From the NCBI GenBank assembly GCA_036502085.1, contig DASXZD010000018.1, positions 16,094 through 80,093 on the forward strand: a stretch of 64,000 bases of DNA, written 5' to 3'. Positions 1-9,416 of this stretch are shown here, one piece after another. The position numbers and the translations under genes were made by a program. The DNA comes from Streptosporangiaceae bacterium (GTDB lineage: Bacteria > Actinomycetota > Actinomycetes > Streptosporangiales > Streptosporangiaceae). Positions within the stretch are counted from its first letter, which is position 1. Each line of letters begins with the position of its first letter. The notes beneath the pieces were generated by a model that worked only from the letters and a program-made list of their open reading frames with translations, was not told the DNA's origin and searched no databases.

Positions 1-1561
1 GTTCCGCCGAGTCCAGCAGCAGCGTGAAGGCCGCGGCGCGGTGTCCCGAGGCCATCGCGACATCGGCCGCGGTACGCAGATCCGCGGCCGCCTCGGCGGG
101 TGATGACGCCAGCTCCGCGGCGGCTTCGTAGTGCTCCCGGGACTCGACCATGAACCGGTAGGCATAGGTGAGATGGCCCAGCGCCCGGGCCAGCCGGTGG
201 CTCATCTCGCCCGGCGGGTTGACCAGCGCGGCCCGCAGGTCATCGGCAACCGGGTCGAAGTCGTCCCGCCACGGCCGGGACGTCTCGACCCGTTCCTCGA
301 GATCCTCGGCGACGGACGTGGCCCATCGCAGGTGGGCCTCGCGGACCGCGCTCTCCTCGCCGCTGGCGGCCAGCCGGTCCAGCGCGTAGGCGCGGATGGT
401 CTCCAGCATCTGCCACCGGCTGCCGTCCGGGTCAGGACGGGTCAGCAGGCTCTTGTCGGTCAGCCGGCCGATCAGGTCAGCGACCATGCCCCGGTTGCCG
501 TCCGGCCAGACGGCCACGGCGGCGTCGAGGTCGAAGCCGCCGGTGAACGCGCCGGCCCGGCGGAACATCGCCCGCTCGTCGTCGTCGAGCAGGTCATGGC
601 TCCAGTCGATGACCGCCCGCAGCGAGCGGTGCCGCTCGTGCGGGCCGCGGCTCCCGGCGAGCAGCCGCAGGTAGTCGTCCAGGCCGGCCAGCAGGCCGTC
701 CGCGCCCAGCGACGCGCCGCGGGCCGCGGCCAGCTCGATCGCCAGCGGCACGCCGTCCAGCCGGGTGCACACCTCGCTGAGCACCTCGGGCGAGGCGGCG
801 AAACCAGGGTCGCAGGCCCGGGCCCTGTCCATGAACAGGGCCTCTGCCTCCGAGCCGGCGGTGCCGGATCCGTTGCCGACCAGGGACAGCGGCCGCACGG
901 GCACCGTGCGCTCGCCCGGGATGGCCAGCCGCTCGCGGCTGGTCGCCAGGACGGTCAGGCCGGCGCAGTCGGCCATCAGCTTCTCGACGAACGAGGCCAC
1001 CACCTCGAGCAGGTGCTCGCAGTTGTCGAGCACCAGCAGCGACCGGCCGCGGGACAGGTACTCGTGCAATGCCGCGTCCAGCGACTGCCCCGGCCGTTCG
1101 GTAATCCCCAGTAAAGCCGCGACCGCCTGGGTGACAAAGTTCTCGCGTACCGGCACCAGGTCAACGAACACGCTGCCGAACGGGTACTCGCCGGCCGCCG
1201 CCTCGGCGGCCCTGGCGGCCAGCCGGGTCTTGCCCACTCCGCCCGGCCCGACCAGGCTCACCACCCGCCGGTCGGCCAGCGCGGCCAGGATCGTGGCCTG
1301 CTCTCTGTCGCGGCCGATGAAGCTGGTCCTGGCGGCCGGCAGGCCGGTCACCGGCCCGGTGCCGGTCCTGGCCGACGGGATCGCGGCCACGGCCGGGGCC
1401 AGGTCGGCTAGCGCACGGCGGTCGGCCACGCCGAACTTCCGCAGCAGGGATGAGACGTGGCTCTCCACCGTACGGACCGAGATGTGCAGCCGGGAGGCGA
1501 TCTGGGCGTTGCTCAGATGCCCGCCAACGGCTTCGAGTACTTCAGCCTCTCGCTGAGACAT
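1..1561 (-). CDS. LuxR-family HTH regulator fused to an NB-ARC/AAA ATPase and TPR-like region (partial; C-terminus runs off the left edge)
   Basis: Own minus-strand translation from ATG at 1561: MSQREAEVLEAVGGHLSNAQIASRLHISVRTVESHVSSLLRKFGV (LuxR/GerE HTH), then GPGGVGKTRLA (Walker A) and LLVLDNCEHL. Absent from the ORF track because no stop lies inside the window. Confidence 0.8.
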   Translation of the reverse strand, partial: MSQREAEVLEAVGGHLSNAQIASRLHISVRTVESHVSSLLRKFGVADRRALADLAPAVAAIPSARTGTGPVTGLPAARTSFIGRDREQATILAALADRRVVSLVGPGGVGKTRLAARAAEAAAGEYPFGSVFVDLVPVRENFVTQAVAALLGITERPGQSLDAALHEYLSRGRSLLVLDNCEHLLEVVASFVEKLMADCAGLTVLATSRERLAIPGERTVPVRPLSLVGNGSGTAGSEAEALFMDRARACDPGFAASPEVLSEVCTRLDGVPLAIELAAARGASLGADGLLAGLDDYLRLLAGSRGPHERHRSLRAVIDWSHDLLDDDERAMFRRAGAFTGGFDLDAAVAVWPDGNRGMVADLIGRLTDKSLLTRPDPDGSRWQMLETIRAYALDRLAASGEESAVREAHLRWATSVAEDLEERVETSRPWRDDFDPVADDLRAALVNPPGEMSHRLARALGHLTYAYRFMVESREHYEAAAELASSPAEAAADLRTAADVAMASGHRAAAFTLLLDSAE

Positions 1562-1714
1562 ACCTGCGGAATGAGTAGGCACCACGCTCACATGACTTCC
1601 GATCCGTGGCAGATCAGTATCCAATCCGTGCTGAATCCGTGGTAACCACGGATGTTCCGGCCGCATCGCAGGAGCAGGCTGCAATCACAAAGAACGTACC
1701 TGAAGGAGGACCAA

Positions 1715-2308
1715 ATGAACCAGATGCAGATCACCGCAGCCAGGACTATCCGCTCCGCATTCACCCGCCGTGCCCTCCGGGCCGCCACCGTTGCCGGCGT
1801 GGCGGTCGTTGCCCTCGGCACGGCCGGCAGCTCCTTTGCCAGCACGAGCCACCACATGCGCACGAACGGCTTTGCGGCCACCGAGGAGTGCCTGAGCTGG
1901 TCGGGCACGATCCAGTACTTCCCGGCGCTGACCACCACGTCGCACGCCGTGACCGCCGTGCTGCACGGCACCCTGTCGAACTGCAGCTTTGACGGCATCG
2001 GCCAGACCTTCAGCGGCACCGTGTTCGGCGACCTGACCGGCACCGCGATCAGGTCCGGCGGCTCGGTGAGCGGCACCGTGGCCATCACCTGGCCGCAGGA
2101 CGCCAACCTCAACCCGACCATCTCGCCGATCTCGGTGTCCGGATCCGCGAACAAGTTCTCGTTCTCCGGCACGGTCAGCGCGGGTGCGGGTACCGGCCAG
2201 CAGCTGGAAGGCAGCTACGACACGATCAGCACCAAGAAGATCCCCGGCGGCTCGAGCCAGAGCATCCTCGGCAGCGCCCCGTTCGGCCTGTTCATCAACG
2301 AGGGCTGA
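1715..2308 (+). CDS. secreted hypothetical protein
   Basis: Track ORF 1652..2308. Start moved to ATG 1715, which follows GAAGGAGG. The N-terminus MNQMQITAARTIRSAFTRRALRAATVAGVAVVALGTAGSSFA looks like a signal peptide. No family recognised. Confidence 0.7.
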   Translation: MNQMQITAARTIRSAFTRRALRAATVAGVAVVALGTAGSSFASTSHHMRTNGFAATEECLSWSGTIQYFPALTTTSHAVTAVLHGTLSNCSFDGIGQTFSGTVFGDLTGTAIRSGGSVSGTVAITWPQDANLNPTISPISVSGSANKFSFSGTVSAGAGTGQQLEGSYDTISTKKIPGGSSQSILGSAPFGLFINEG

Positions 2309-2318
2309 CCGCCCCACC

Positions 2319-2356
2319 GCTTAGCCCCCGCCGGCCGTAGCCGGCGGGGGCTAAGC
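2319..2356. terminator. perfect 17-bp stem / 4-nt loop hairpin between convergent genes
   Basis: gcttagcccccgccggc-cgta-gccggcgggggctaagc, located 10 nt after the stop at 2308. Confidence 0.75.
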
Positions 2357-2397
2357 CATGGCCGGTGACGGGCCATCAGGCGTGAGAAGCCCGGACG

Positions 2398-2700
2398 CTA
2401 ACCGGCGCCGCCCAGTGCTGCCGGAGCCGGCGCCGTAGCGGCCATCGCGCCTAGCCGCCCGGAGAGCAGGTCCAGCTGATCGTGCGCGAGGGTGTAGCAG
2501 ATCGTCGTTCCCTGCCGCCGGGTGGTGACCAGCCCGGCCTCGCGCAGCACCTTCAGGTGGGCGGAGATGGTCGGCTGGGACACGTCGAAGAACTCGGTGA
2601 AGTCGCAGGCGCAGATCCCCGGCTCGGCCGCCAGGCGCTGCAGGATGCCCCAGCGCACCGGGTGGGCAAGGGCACGCAAGACATCAATCTCGTCGGTCAC
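2398..2700 (-). CDS. ArsR/SmtB-family transcriptional regulator
   Basis: LRALAHPVRWGILQRLAAEPGICACDFTEFFDVSQPTISAHLKVLREAGLV is a typical ArsR wHTH with Cys residues. Confidence 0.85.
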   Translation of the reverse strand: MTDEIDVLRALAHPVRWGILQRLAAEPGICACDFTEFFDVSQPTISAHLKVLREAGLVTTRRQGTTICYTLAHDQLDLLSGRLGAMAATAPAPAALGGAG

Positions 2701-2760
2701 CCTCTTAGTATATAGTCAGCAACTGATATAGTCTCTCTTCTATATAGAGTGGAGGCGATC
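2701..2760. promoter_or_regulatory. AT-rich divergent promoter/operator region
   Basis: Low-GC island between the ArsR gene and the gene at 2761. Contains the near-palindrome TATAGTCAG-CAA-CTGATATAG, repeated TATATAG, and GGAGG at 2751..2755. Confidence 0.45.
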
Positions 2761-3864
2761 ATGCCCGACCGAAGCGAGTCCGATCGAAGCGAGTCCGATC
2801 GAAGCACACCCGACAGAAGCGACGCGCACCCGCACCCGCACGACGACGTGCTCGACGAGAGCCTGAGCAGGCTGGCCGTCACCGGTCCCGAATTCCGCGG
2901 CGGCCTGTCCAACCACGGCCCGATGGCCGCCGAGGCGATGATCCGGCTCGGCCACGCCGAGGCGATCGAGCCGTGGCTCGACGGCTACCTGCGCCGGCTC
3001 GAGGAGGCGCCCCGCGCCACCGGCCGCATCACCGACCAGACCTGGCGCGAGGCGCTCGGCGTGCCGGGCCGGGTCGCCGACTGGGAGCTGTACCTGCGCG
3101 ACCAGTTCGAGACGGAGCCCTGGCCGCAGGTGCTGGCCCGCTGGTGGCCGCGGCTGGTGCCGGGCCTGGCCGCCGCGGCGACGCACGGCATCATCCGCAC
3201 CTCGCACGCGGCCCGCAGCCTCGCCCAGGCGCCCACCGCCGAGCGGCTCGCCGAGCTCGCCCGCGGCCTCGCCTACTGGGCATCCGGCTATCTCGAGCTG
3301 CCCGGCTCGCCGCGCACCGCCGGCCGGCTGGACGTCGCCGCCGCCGTCAGCGGCCTGCCGGTCGCCCCCGGCCCGGTGCCGCCCGGCCTGATCACCACCC
3401 GGCTGCGGACCAGTCTGGCCGCCGAGCCGCGCTTCCCGGCGGCGGTCGGCGCGCTGCGCCCGCCCGCCGACGTCCCGGCCGGCCTGCTCGCCCTGTCCAC
3501 TGCGTTCGCCCGGATCTTCCTGGTCTACGGCCGCACGCAGCCGATCGACTTCCTGCACGCGGTGACCGCCCCGGTCGCCGCGCGGTCCGCGCTCGGCCTG
3601 CTGCCCGCCGAAGTCGCCCGGCCCACCCACGACGCCCTCTGGCAGGTCGCCGCGGGACTGTACTCGGCCTACGCCGTCGACGCCGTGCCCGAGCCGCTGC
3701 CCGATGCCGACCCGCCCGCGCCCGGCACGCTGGCCGACCGCGCCGTCGCCACCGGCGACGTGCACGCCATCAAGCTGACCGAGGCCTGCCTGCGCCTGCA
3801 CGCCGAGTCGCCTGACCCGCTGCTGCTGCACGCCGCCGCCCGCGTCAGCGACCTGCTCGGCTAA
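2761..3864 (+). CDS. questin-oxidase-like (DUF4243-type) protein
   Basis: Track ORF 2749..3864. ATG 2761 lies 5 nt after GGAGG. GGLSNHGPMAAEAMIRLG resembles the questin oxidase family. The N-terminus carries an SESDR tandem repeat. Confidence 0.65.
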   Translation: MPDRSESDRSESDRSTPDRSDAHPHPHDDVLDESLSRLAVTGPEFRGGLSNHGPMAAEAMIRLGHAEAIEPWLDGYLRRLEEAPRATGRITDQTWREALGVPGRVADWELYLRDQFETEPWPQVLARWWPRLVPGLAAAATHGIIRTSHAARSLAQAPTAERLAELARGLAYWASGYLELPGSPRTAGRLDVAAAVSGLPVAPGPVPPGLITTRLRTSLAAEPRFPAAVGALRPPADVPAGLLALSTAFARIFLVYGRTQPIDFLHAVTAPVAARSALGLLPAEVARPTHDALWQVAAGLYSAYAVDAVPEPLPDADPPAPGTLADRAVATGDVHAIKLTEACLRLHAESPDPLLLHAAARVSDLLG

Positions 3865-3874
3865 CCCGGCCCCC

Positions 3875-4237
3875 TCAGCCGTCGCGGTGGACGGTGCCGG
3901 GGGAGAAGGCGGGCAGGCAGACGGCGATGTACTCCGCGCCGTCGGCGCCGGGCGAGCTGTAGCGCACCCACTCGCCCGGCGCGGTGTGCACCGCCTGGCC
4001 TGCCTGCACGGTCAGCTGGCCGCCGTCGAATTCGACCAGCAGGGCGCCGTTCAGCACGACCGTGAACTCGTCAAACTCGGGCCGCTGGCCAGGCTCGGAC
4101 CAGCCGGACGGGCTGCGCATGTGAGCCACGCTGAGCCGGGCCTCGCCGGTGGCGACCCGCCCGATGTACTCGTCGATCAGCTTGGGCGGCTCACCCGCGG
4201 CCGTGACCCGGCTCGGTGCATCGATCAGTTCAGGCAT
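3875..4237 (-). CDS. cupin-domain protein
   Basis: Track ORF 3875..4378. Start moved to ATG 4237 (MPELIDAP...). The beta-rich sequence ends GEWVRYSSPGADGAEYIAVCLPAFSPG. Confidence 0.7.
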   Translation of the reverse strand: MPELIDAPSRVTAAGEPPKLIDEYIGRVATGEARLSVAHMRSPSGWSEPGQRPEFDEFTVVLNGALLVEFDGGQLTVQAGQAVHTAPGEWVRYSSPGADGAEYIAVCLPAFSPGTVHRDG

Positions 4238-4278
4238 TCCGCAAGTATTGCTCACGGCCCGTTCGGAGGGATCCGGCG

Positions 4279-4635
4279 TCAGCTCTCGTCGTGGACGGTC
4301 AGCGTGACCTTGTCCGGGTAGAAGCACAGCAAGCCGGTGATGCCCTCGGCCGCGGGGATCGGCGACTGGTAGCTCCACACCACGTCCTCGTGCACCTCGC
4401 CGCCGACTTCGGCCGACCAGTACGAGGCGTCACCCTTGAACGGGCAGGTGGTCGCCGTGCTCGTCGGCCGCAGCAGGTCGGTGCGGACGTCCTCGGGGTG
4501 CAGGTAGAAGCGGGTGGGCAGCCCGGTCTCGTCCAGCAGGACGGGCCGGTCCGTCTCGGCCAGCTTCTGCCCGTTGAGGCTGACCTCGACGTGCATGCTG
4601 GCCGGGGTGATCGTGATCGTGTGTCCTTTTGCCAT
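4279..4635 (-). CDS. DUF427-domain protein
   Basis: CPFKGDASYWS and DVVWSYQSP are motifs typical of DUF427. Confidence 0.75.
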   Translation of the reverse strand: MAKGHTITITPASMHVEVSLNGQKLAETDRPVLLDETGLPTRFYLHPEDVRTDLLRPTSTATTCPFKGDASYWSAEVGGEVHEDVVWSYQSPIPAAEGITGLLCFYPDKVTLTVHDES

Positions 4636-4704
4636 GTGTGTGCCAACGGCCCGGCCGCCCCGCTGATTCCGCCGCCGACGGCGTTCCGGTCGTTGGCGGG
4701 GAGT

Positions 4705-5361
4705 TCACTGCTCCAGGCGCGGCTCGAGTGGCCGGAGCAGGGCCGTCGCGACCTGCACCGCGTCCTCGGTGAGGTCGTGAATGTCGCCGGAATCCTCCAC
4801 GATCGTCGCGGTCAGCTCGCGGATGCCGCCGAGCAGGATGATCGCCAGCGGCCGGGTCATCGGCACGGTCCCGGCCCGCCGGAACTGCTCGTTGTCGGCC
4901 AGTCGCACGATCAGTTCGGCCAGCGCATCCATCGCCCGGCGCTGCACCTGGCGGCCCACGGCGCCGAGCGCCGGGAGCTCGCGGATCCAGCTCACGTTCA
5001 GGGCGGGCTCGGACGCGACGCTGTCCACATAGGCGACGACGGCCTGCCGGACCTGCACTTCCCAGGGCGCCGTGAGGTCAACCGCGGCCGCGATCTGCGC
5101 GCCGAGCGCCTCGTTCATCATCTCCAGGAGCGCTACGTAGCACTCCTCCCGGCTGGCGAACTCGGCGTAGAAGGTGCGGCGCGAGGTGCGGGCGTGCCGG
5201 ACGATGTCGGCGATCTTGGTGTCCCGGAAGCCCTGCTCTTCGATGGACGCGGCCAGGCCGCGCATCAGCCGCTCGCGGAACGATGCGCCGTCCTCGACGT
5301 CGCCGGCCCGGCCGCCCTGGCGCGGCGCGGCGGTGTCGCGCAGGCCGGCGGCGGAGGTCAT
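4705..5361 (-). CDS. TetR-family transcriptional regulator
   Basis: GFRDTKIADIVRHARTSRRTFYAEFASREE is a TetR HTH. The gene is divergent from the P450 operon. Confidence 0.85.
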   Translation of the reverse strand: MTSAAGLRDTAAPRQGGRAGDVEDGASFRERLMRGLAASIEEQGFRDTKIADIVRHARTSRRTFYAEFASREECYVALLEMMNEALGAQIAAAVDLTAPWEVQVRQAVVAYVDSVASEPALNVSWIRELPALGAVGRQVQRRAMDALAELIVRLADNEQFRRAGTVPMTRPLAIILLGGIRELTATIVEDSGDIHDLTEDAVQVATALLRPLEPRLEQ

Positions 5362-5412
5362 GGTCGCAACGTATCCAATCGGGGCTTGTGCTCGCCAGGG
5401 CTTGTGCTCGCC

Positions 5413-5455
5413 TGGTACTCCAGCGTACCATGATCTCTGGTACTCGCGAGTACCA
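5413..5455. promoter_or_regulatory. two tandem palindromic operators (probable TetR sites)
   Basis: TGGTACTCCAGCGTACCA (5413..5430, imperfect) and TGGTACTCGCGAGTACCA (5438..5455, perfect 18-bp palindrome). Confidence 0.6.
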
Positions 5456-5493
5456 GATCAGGGCCGGGCGCACCGGTGCCGCAGGGAGGCGAG

Positions 5494-6855
5494 ATGGCCG
5501 TGAACACGCCGCAGGGGACCGCGCGGATCCCGCCCGGGCCGCGACTGCCCAGGCCGCTGCAGGGTCTGGCGTTCCTCGCCTCGCGCCGCAAAACCCTGCA
5601 GCTGCTGCGGCACCGCTACGGCCCGGCCTTTTCGATGGACATCCCGGTGTTCGGTCGGGTCGTGGCGATCAGCGACCCGGCGCTGGTCAAGCAGCTGTTC
5701 CTGACGTCGCCTGACGTTGCGGGCAACATTGAGGCCAACCTCGGCCGGGTGCTCGGCCGCGCCTCGCTGTTCAACCTGGAGGGCGCCGCGCACCACCGGC
5801 AGCGCAAGCTGCTCGTGCCGCCGTTCCACGGCAAGGCAATGCAGTCCTACGAGGCCATCATCGAGGAGGAGACGCGGCGCGAGGCCGCCTCCTGGCCGCA
5901 GGGCGTGCCGTTCGAGACGCTGGCGCCGATGATGCGGATCACGCTCAACGCGATCCTGCGCGCGGTATTCGGCGCCGAGGGTGACGAGTTCGAGGCGCTG
6001 CGCGAGCTGATGCCGCCGTGGGTGGCACTGGGATCCCGGCTGGCCGTGCTGCCGCTGCCGCGCACCGACCAGTGGCGCTGGACGCCCTGGGGCCGGTTCA
6101 CTGCCCGCCGCCGCGACTTCGACGCGATCATCGACCGGCTCATCGCCAGGGCGCTGGCCGACCCCGCGCTCGCCGAGCGCGGCGACGTGCTGTCGGTCAT
6201 GCTGCAGGCGCGCTACGACGACGGCGAGCGGATGACCAACCGCGAGATCGCCGACCAGCTGGTCACGCTGCTGGCGGCCGGTCACGAGACCACCGCGACC
6301 ACGCTGGCCTGGGCGGTCGAGCGGCTGCGCCGCCACCCGTCGGTCCTGTCCCGCCTGGCCGAGGAGGCAGACAGCGGCGGCTCGGAGCTTCGCCAGGCCA
6401 CGATCACCGAGATCCAGCGCGTCCGGCCGGTCATCGACATCACGGCCCGGCGGGTGAAGGCCGAGTCCCTGCGCCTGGGCGAGTGGGTGATCCCGCGGGG
6501 GTACACGGTCGTGATCGGGATCGGCCTCGTGCACGCCGACGACGCGGTCTTCCCCGACGCCGCGACGTTCTGTCCCGACCGGTTCGTCGGGGTCAAGCCC
6601 GGCCTTTACGAGTGGGTACCCTTCGGCGGCGGCAGCCGGCGCTGCCTCGGCGCGGCGTTCGCCAACATGGAGATGAACGTCGTGCTGCGCACCCTGCTGC
6701 GCGAGTTCGAGCTGAGCAGCACCGCCGAGCCCGGCGAGCGCTGGCATTCTCGCGGCGTCGCCTACGCGCCGGCCAAGGGCGGACTCGCGGTTGTGCGCCG
6801 CCGCCGCACCGTGGCCGCCGCCAGCCAGATCCAGCCGTCCGCCGCCCGCGCATAA
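5494..6855 (+). CDS. cytochrome P450
   Basis: FGGGSRRCLGAAFA heme-thiolate loop and AGHETT I-helix motif. ATG 5494 follows GGGAGG. Confidence 0.9.
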   Translation: MAVNTPQGTARIPPGPRLPRPLQGLAFLASRRKTLQLLRHRYGPAFSMDIPVFGRVVAISDPALVKQLFLTSPDVAGNIEANLGRVLGRASLFNLEGAAHHRQRKLLVPPFHGKAMQSYEAIIEEETRREAASWPQGVPFETLAPMMRITLNAILRAVFGAEGDEFEALRELMPPWVALGSRLAVLPLPRTDQWRWTPWGRFTARRRDFDAIIDRLIARALADPALAERGDVLSVMLQARYDDGERMTNREIADQLVTLLAAGHETTATTLAWAVERLRRHPSVLSRLAEEADSGGSELRQATITEIQRVRPVIDITARRVKAESLRLGEWVIPRGYTVVIGIGLVHADDAVFPDAATFCPDRFVGVKPGLYEWVPFGGGSRRCLGAAFANMEMNVVLRTLLREFELSSTAEPGERWHSRGVAYAPAKGGLAVVRRRRTVAAASQIQPSAARA

Positions 6856-6882
6856 CCTCGCAAACTTCAAGGAGTCCCGACA

Positions 6883-7743
6883 ATGCCCAGACTTCAGCGC
6901 CGCGTCATCAGCGGGCGCACCGTAATGATCTCCGGGGCCGGCTCCGGCATCGGCCGCAGCCTGGCCCGCCGGCTGTCCGCGGCGGGCTCGCCGGTCGCGA
7001 TCGCCGACATCGACGAGCGCGGGCTCAAGGAGACCGAGGCCACGCTGCGCGGACCGGTGCTGGCCACCGTGCTGGACGTCCGCGACGCCGACGCGCAGCA
7101 CGCGTTCGCCGCGGCCGTCCGCGAGTGGATGCCGCAGCCGCTCGGCGCGGTCTTCAACAACGCCGGCGTCGCGGTCGCCTCTTCGGTCATCGACGCGGTC
7201 CCCGAGGACGACGACTGGCTGCGGGAGATCAACTTTCACGGCGTGGTCAACGGCACCCGTGCGTTCCTGCCCATCCTGATCGAGCAGGACGAGGGTGTCA
7301 TCGTGAACACCTCGAGCGTGTTCGGGCTGGTCGGCATGCCCTACCAGAGCGCCTACTGCGCCTCGAAGTTCGCGGTCCGCGGCTTCACCGACTCGCTGCG
7401 CCAGGAGCTGCGCGGGACCGGCGTGCACGCGGTCAACGTGCACCCCGGCGGCATCACCACCAACATCGCCCGCAACGCCCGCATCCGCAAGGACCCTGAG
7501 GGCCGCGGTCGCACCCGCGAGCAGATGGCCCGCGAGTTCGAGGCGCTCACGATGACCTCGCCGGACAAGGCGGCGCAGGTCATTCACAACGGAGTGGAAC
7601 GCGGCCGTGCGCGGATCCTGGTCGGCCCGGACGCCTACCTCTTCGACGCGCTCGCCCGCGTCGCGCCGACGCGCTACTACGACGTCATATCCGTCTTGGA
7701 GGCGCGGATCCGCGCCCGCCGGGCGTCCGCCGCGACGAACTGA
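6883..7743 (+). CDS. short-chain dehydrogenase/reductase
   Basis: ISGAGSGIGRSLA Rossmann motif, NNAG, and YCASKFAV (YxxxK). Confidence 0.9.
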   Translation: MPRLQRRVISGRTVMISGAGSGIGRSLARRLSAAGSPVAIADIDERGLKETEATLRGPVLATVLDVRDADAQHAFAAAVREWMPQPLGAVFNNAGVAVASSVIDAVPEDDDWLREINFHGVVNGTRAFLPILIEQDEGVIVNTSSVFGLVGMPYQSAYCASKFAVRGFTDSLRQELRGTGVHAVNVHPGGITTNIARNARIRKDPEGRGRTREQMAREFEALTMTSPDKAAQVIHNGVERGRARILVGPDAYLFDALARVAPTRYYDVISVLEARIRARRASAATN

Positions 7744-7754
7744 AGGGGACCGCT

Positions 7755-9323
7755 ATGGCAACCGCACCCCAGGCCAACGGCCGCCCCGCCGCTGGCTTTC
7801 CTGCCGCTGGCCGCCCGGCGGCCGGGGCCGAGCATGTCGATGTGCTGATCATCGGCGCCGGGCTGTCCGGCATCGGCGCCGCGCACCACATCCAGGCCCG
7901 GTTCCCTGGCAAGTCGTACCTGATCCTGGAGGCCAGGGACGCGATCGGCGGCACCTGGGATCTGTTCCGCTACCCGGGCGTGCGGTCCGACTCCGACATG
8001 CAGACCCTGGGGTACCGCTTCCGGCCCTGGACCCAGGCCGAAGCGATCGCGGACGGGCCGTCCATCCTCAGCTACGTGCGCGCCACCGCTACCGAGGCAA
8101 GCATCGACGAGCACGTCAGGTTCGGCCACCGGGTCATCAGCGCGTCCTGGTCGACCGCCGACGCGCGGTGGACGGTCGAGGCCGCATTTGGTCAGGACGG
8201 CGAACCCGTCAGGTTCACCTGCGGCTTCCTGTACGGCTGCAGCGGCTACTACCGCTACGACCAGGGCTACTCGCCGCCGTTCGAAGGCGCGGAGCGGTTC
8301 GCCGGCCAGATCATCCACCCGCAGCACTGGCCCGAGGATCTCGACTACGCGGGCAAGCGCATCGTGGTGATCGGCAGCGGCGCCACCGCGGTGACGCTGG
8401 TCCCCGCGCTCACCGACCAGGCCGCGCACGTCACCATGCTGCAGCGCTCGCCGACCTACATCCTGTCGATACCGGGCAAGGACCCGATCGCCAACCGGCT
8501 GCGCAAGCTGCTCGGCAACCGCGCCAGCTACCCCATTACCCGGTGGAAGAACGTGGTGCTGGCCACCACGATCTTCCAGCTCAGCCGGCGGCGTCCCGAG
8601 CTGGTCAAGAAGCTGCTGCGGGCCGGGCTCAAGCGTCAGCTCCCGCCGGACTACGACATCGACACGCACTTCAAGCCGCGCTACAACCCCTGGGACCAGC
8701 GGCTCTGCCTGGTGCCCGACGGCGACCTGTTCAAGGCGCTCAGCGCCGGCCGCGCCTCGGTCGTCACCGGCCAGGTCAAGACCTTCACCGAGACCGGGAT
8801 CGATCTGGCCACCGGCGAGCACCTGGACGCCGACATCATCATTACCGCGACCGGGCTGAACCTGCTGCTGTTCGGTGGGATGACGCTCAGCGTCGACGGG
8901 CAGCCGGTCGCCGCGCCGCAGACCATGGCGTACAAGGGCATGATGCTCAGCGGCGTGCCCAACTTCGCCTTCACCGTCGGCTACACGAATGCGTCCTGGA
9001 CACTCAAGGCCGACCTGGTCAGCGAGTACGTCTGCCGGCTGCTCGCGCACATGGACGCCCGCGGCTACCGGCAGTGCGTGCCGGTGGACGACGACCCGAC
9101 CATCACCCGGCGACCGCTGCTCGACTTCATGGCCGGCTACGTGCTTCGTTCGGTCGACCAGCTGCCCAAGACCGGGTCGAAGGCGCCGTGGCGGCTCGGC
9201 ATGAACTACGCCCAGGACGTCCTTACGCTGCGCTACGGCCGGATCGGCGACTCGGTCATGCGCTTCTACGGCCCGGCCCCTGCCCGCCCGCAGCCCGCCG
9301 CCGACCTGCACCCGGTCGGCTAG
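7755..9323 (+). CDS. flavin-dependent (EthA-like Baeyer-Villiger) monooxygenase
   Basis: VLIIGAGLSGIGAA FAD motif, GGTWDLFRYPGVRSD, and a second VVIGSGATAV dinucleotide motif. Confidence 0.85.
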   Translation: MATAPQANGRPAAGFPAAGRPAAGAEHVDVLIIGAGLSGIGAAHHIQARFPGKSYLILEARDAIGGTWDLFRYPGVRSDSDMQTLGYRFRPWTQAEAIADGPSILSYVRATATEASIDEHVRFGHRVISASWSTADARWTVEAAFGQDGEPVRFTCGFLYGCSGYYRYDQGYSPPFEGAERFAGQIIHPQHWPEDLDYAGKRIVVIGSGATAVTLVPALTDQAAHVTMLQRSPTYILSIPGKDPIANRLRKLLGNRASYPITRWKNVVLATTIFQLSRRRPELVKKLLRAGLKRQLPPDYDIDTHFKPRYNPWDQRLCLVPDGDLFKALSAGRASVVTGQVKTFTETGIDLATGEHLDADIIITATGLNLLLFGGMTLSVDGQPVAAPQTMAYKGMMLSGVPNFAFTVGYTNASWTLKADLVSEYVCRLLAHMDARGYRQCVPVDDDPTITRRPLLDFMAGYVLRSVDQLPKTGSKAPWRLGMNYAQDVLTLRYGRIGDSVMRFYGPAPARPQPAADLHPVG

Positions 9324-9416
9324 CGGGCCGCCCGGTCGGCTGGGTCGGCTACAGCGGCGGCCCGGGCCCGGAACTCAGGCGGAGCGGGCGGGGTGAGCGT
9401 GTGCCGCGCCGAGCGC

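Noticed and set aside
5458-7587. 709-aa minus-strand ORF, the longest in this region
   Set aside because: It is antisense to the well-supported P450 and SDR genes. It is Arg/Gly/Asp/Ala-rich with no motif. This is a typical GC-bias shadow ORF.
7677-9311. 544-aa minus-strand ORF and the 613-aa plus-strand ORF at 7607..9448
   Set aside because: Both overlap the flavin monooxygenase gene (7755..9323), which has clear FAD/NADPH motifs. The alternatives are low-complexity Arg/Pro/Gly sequences.
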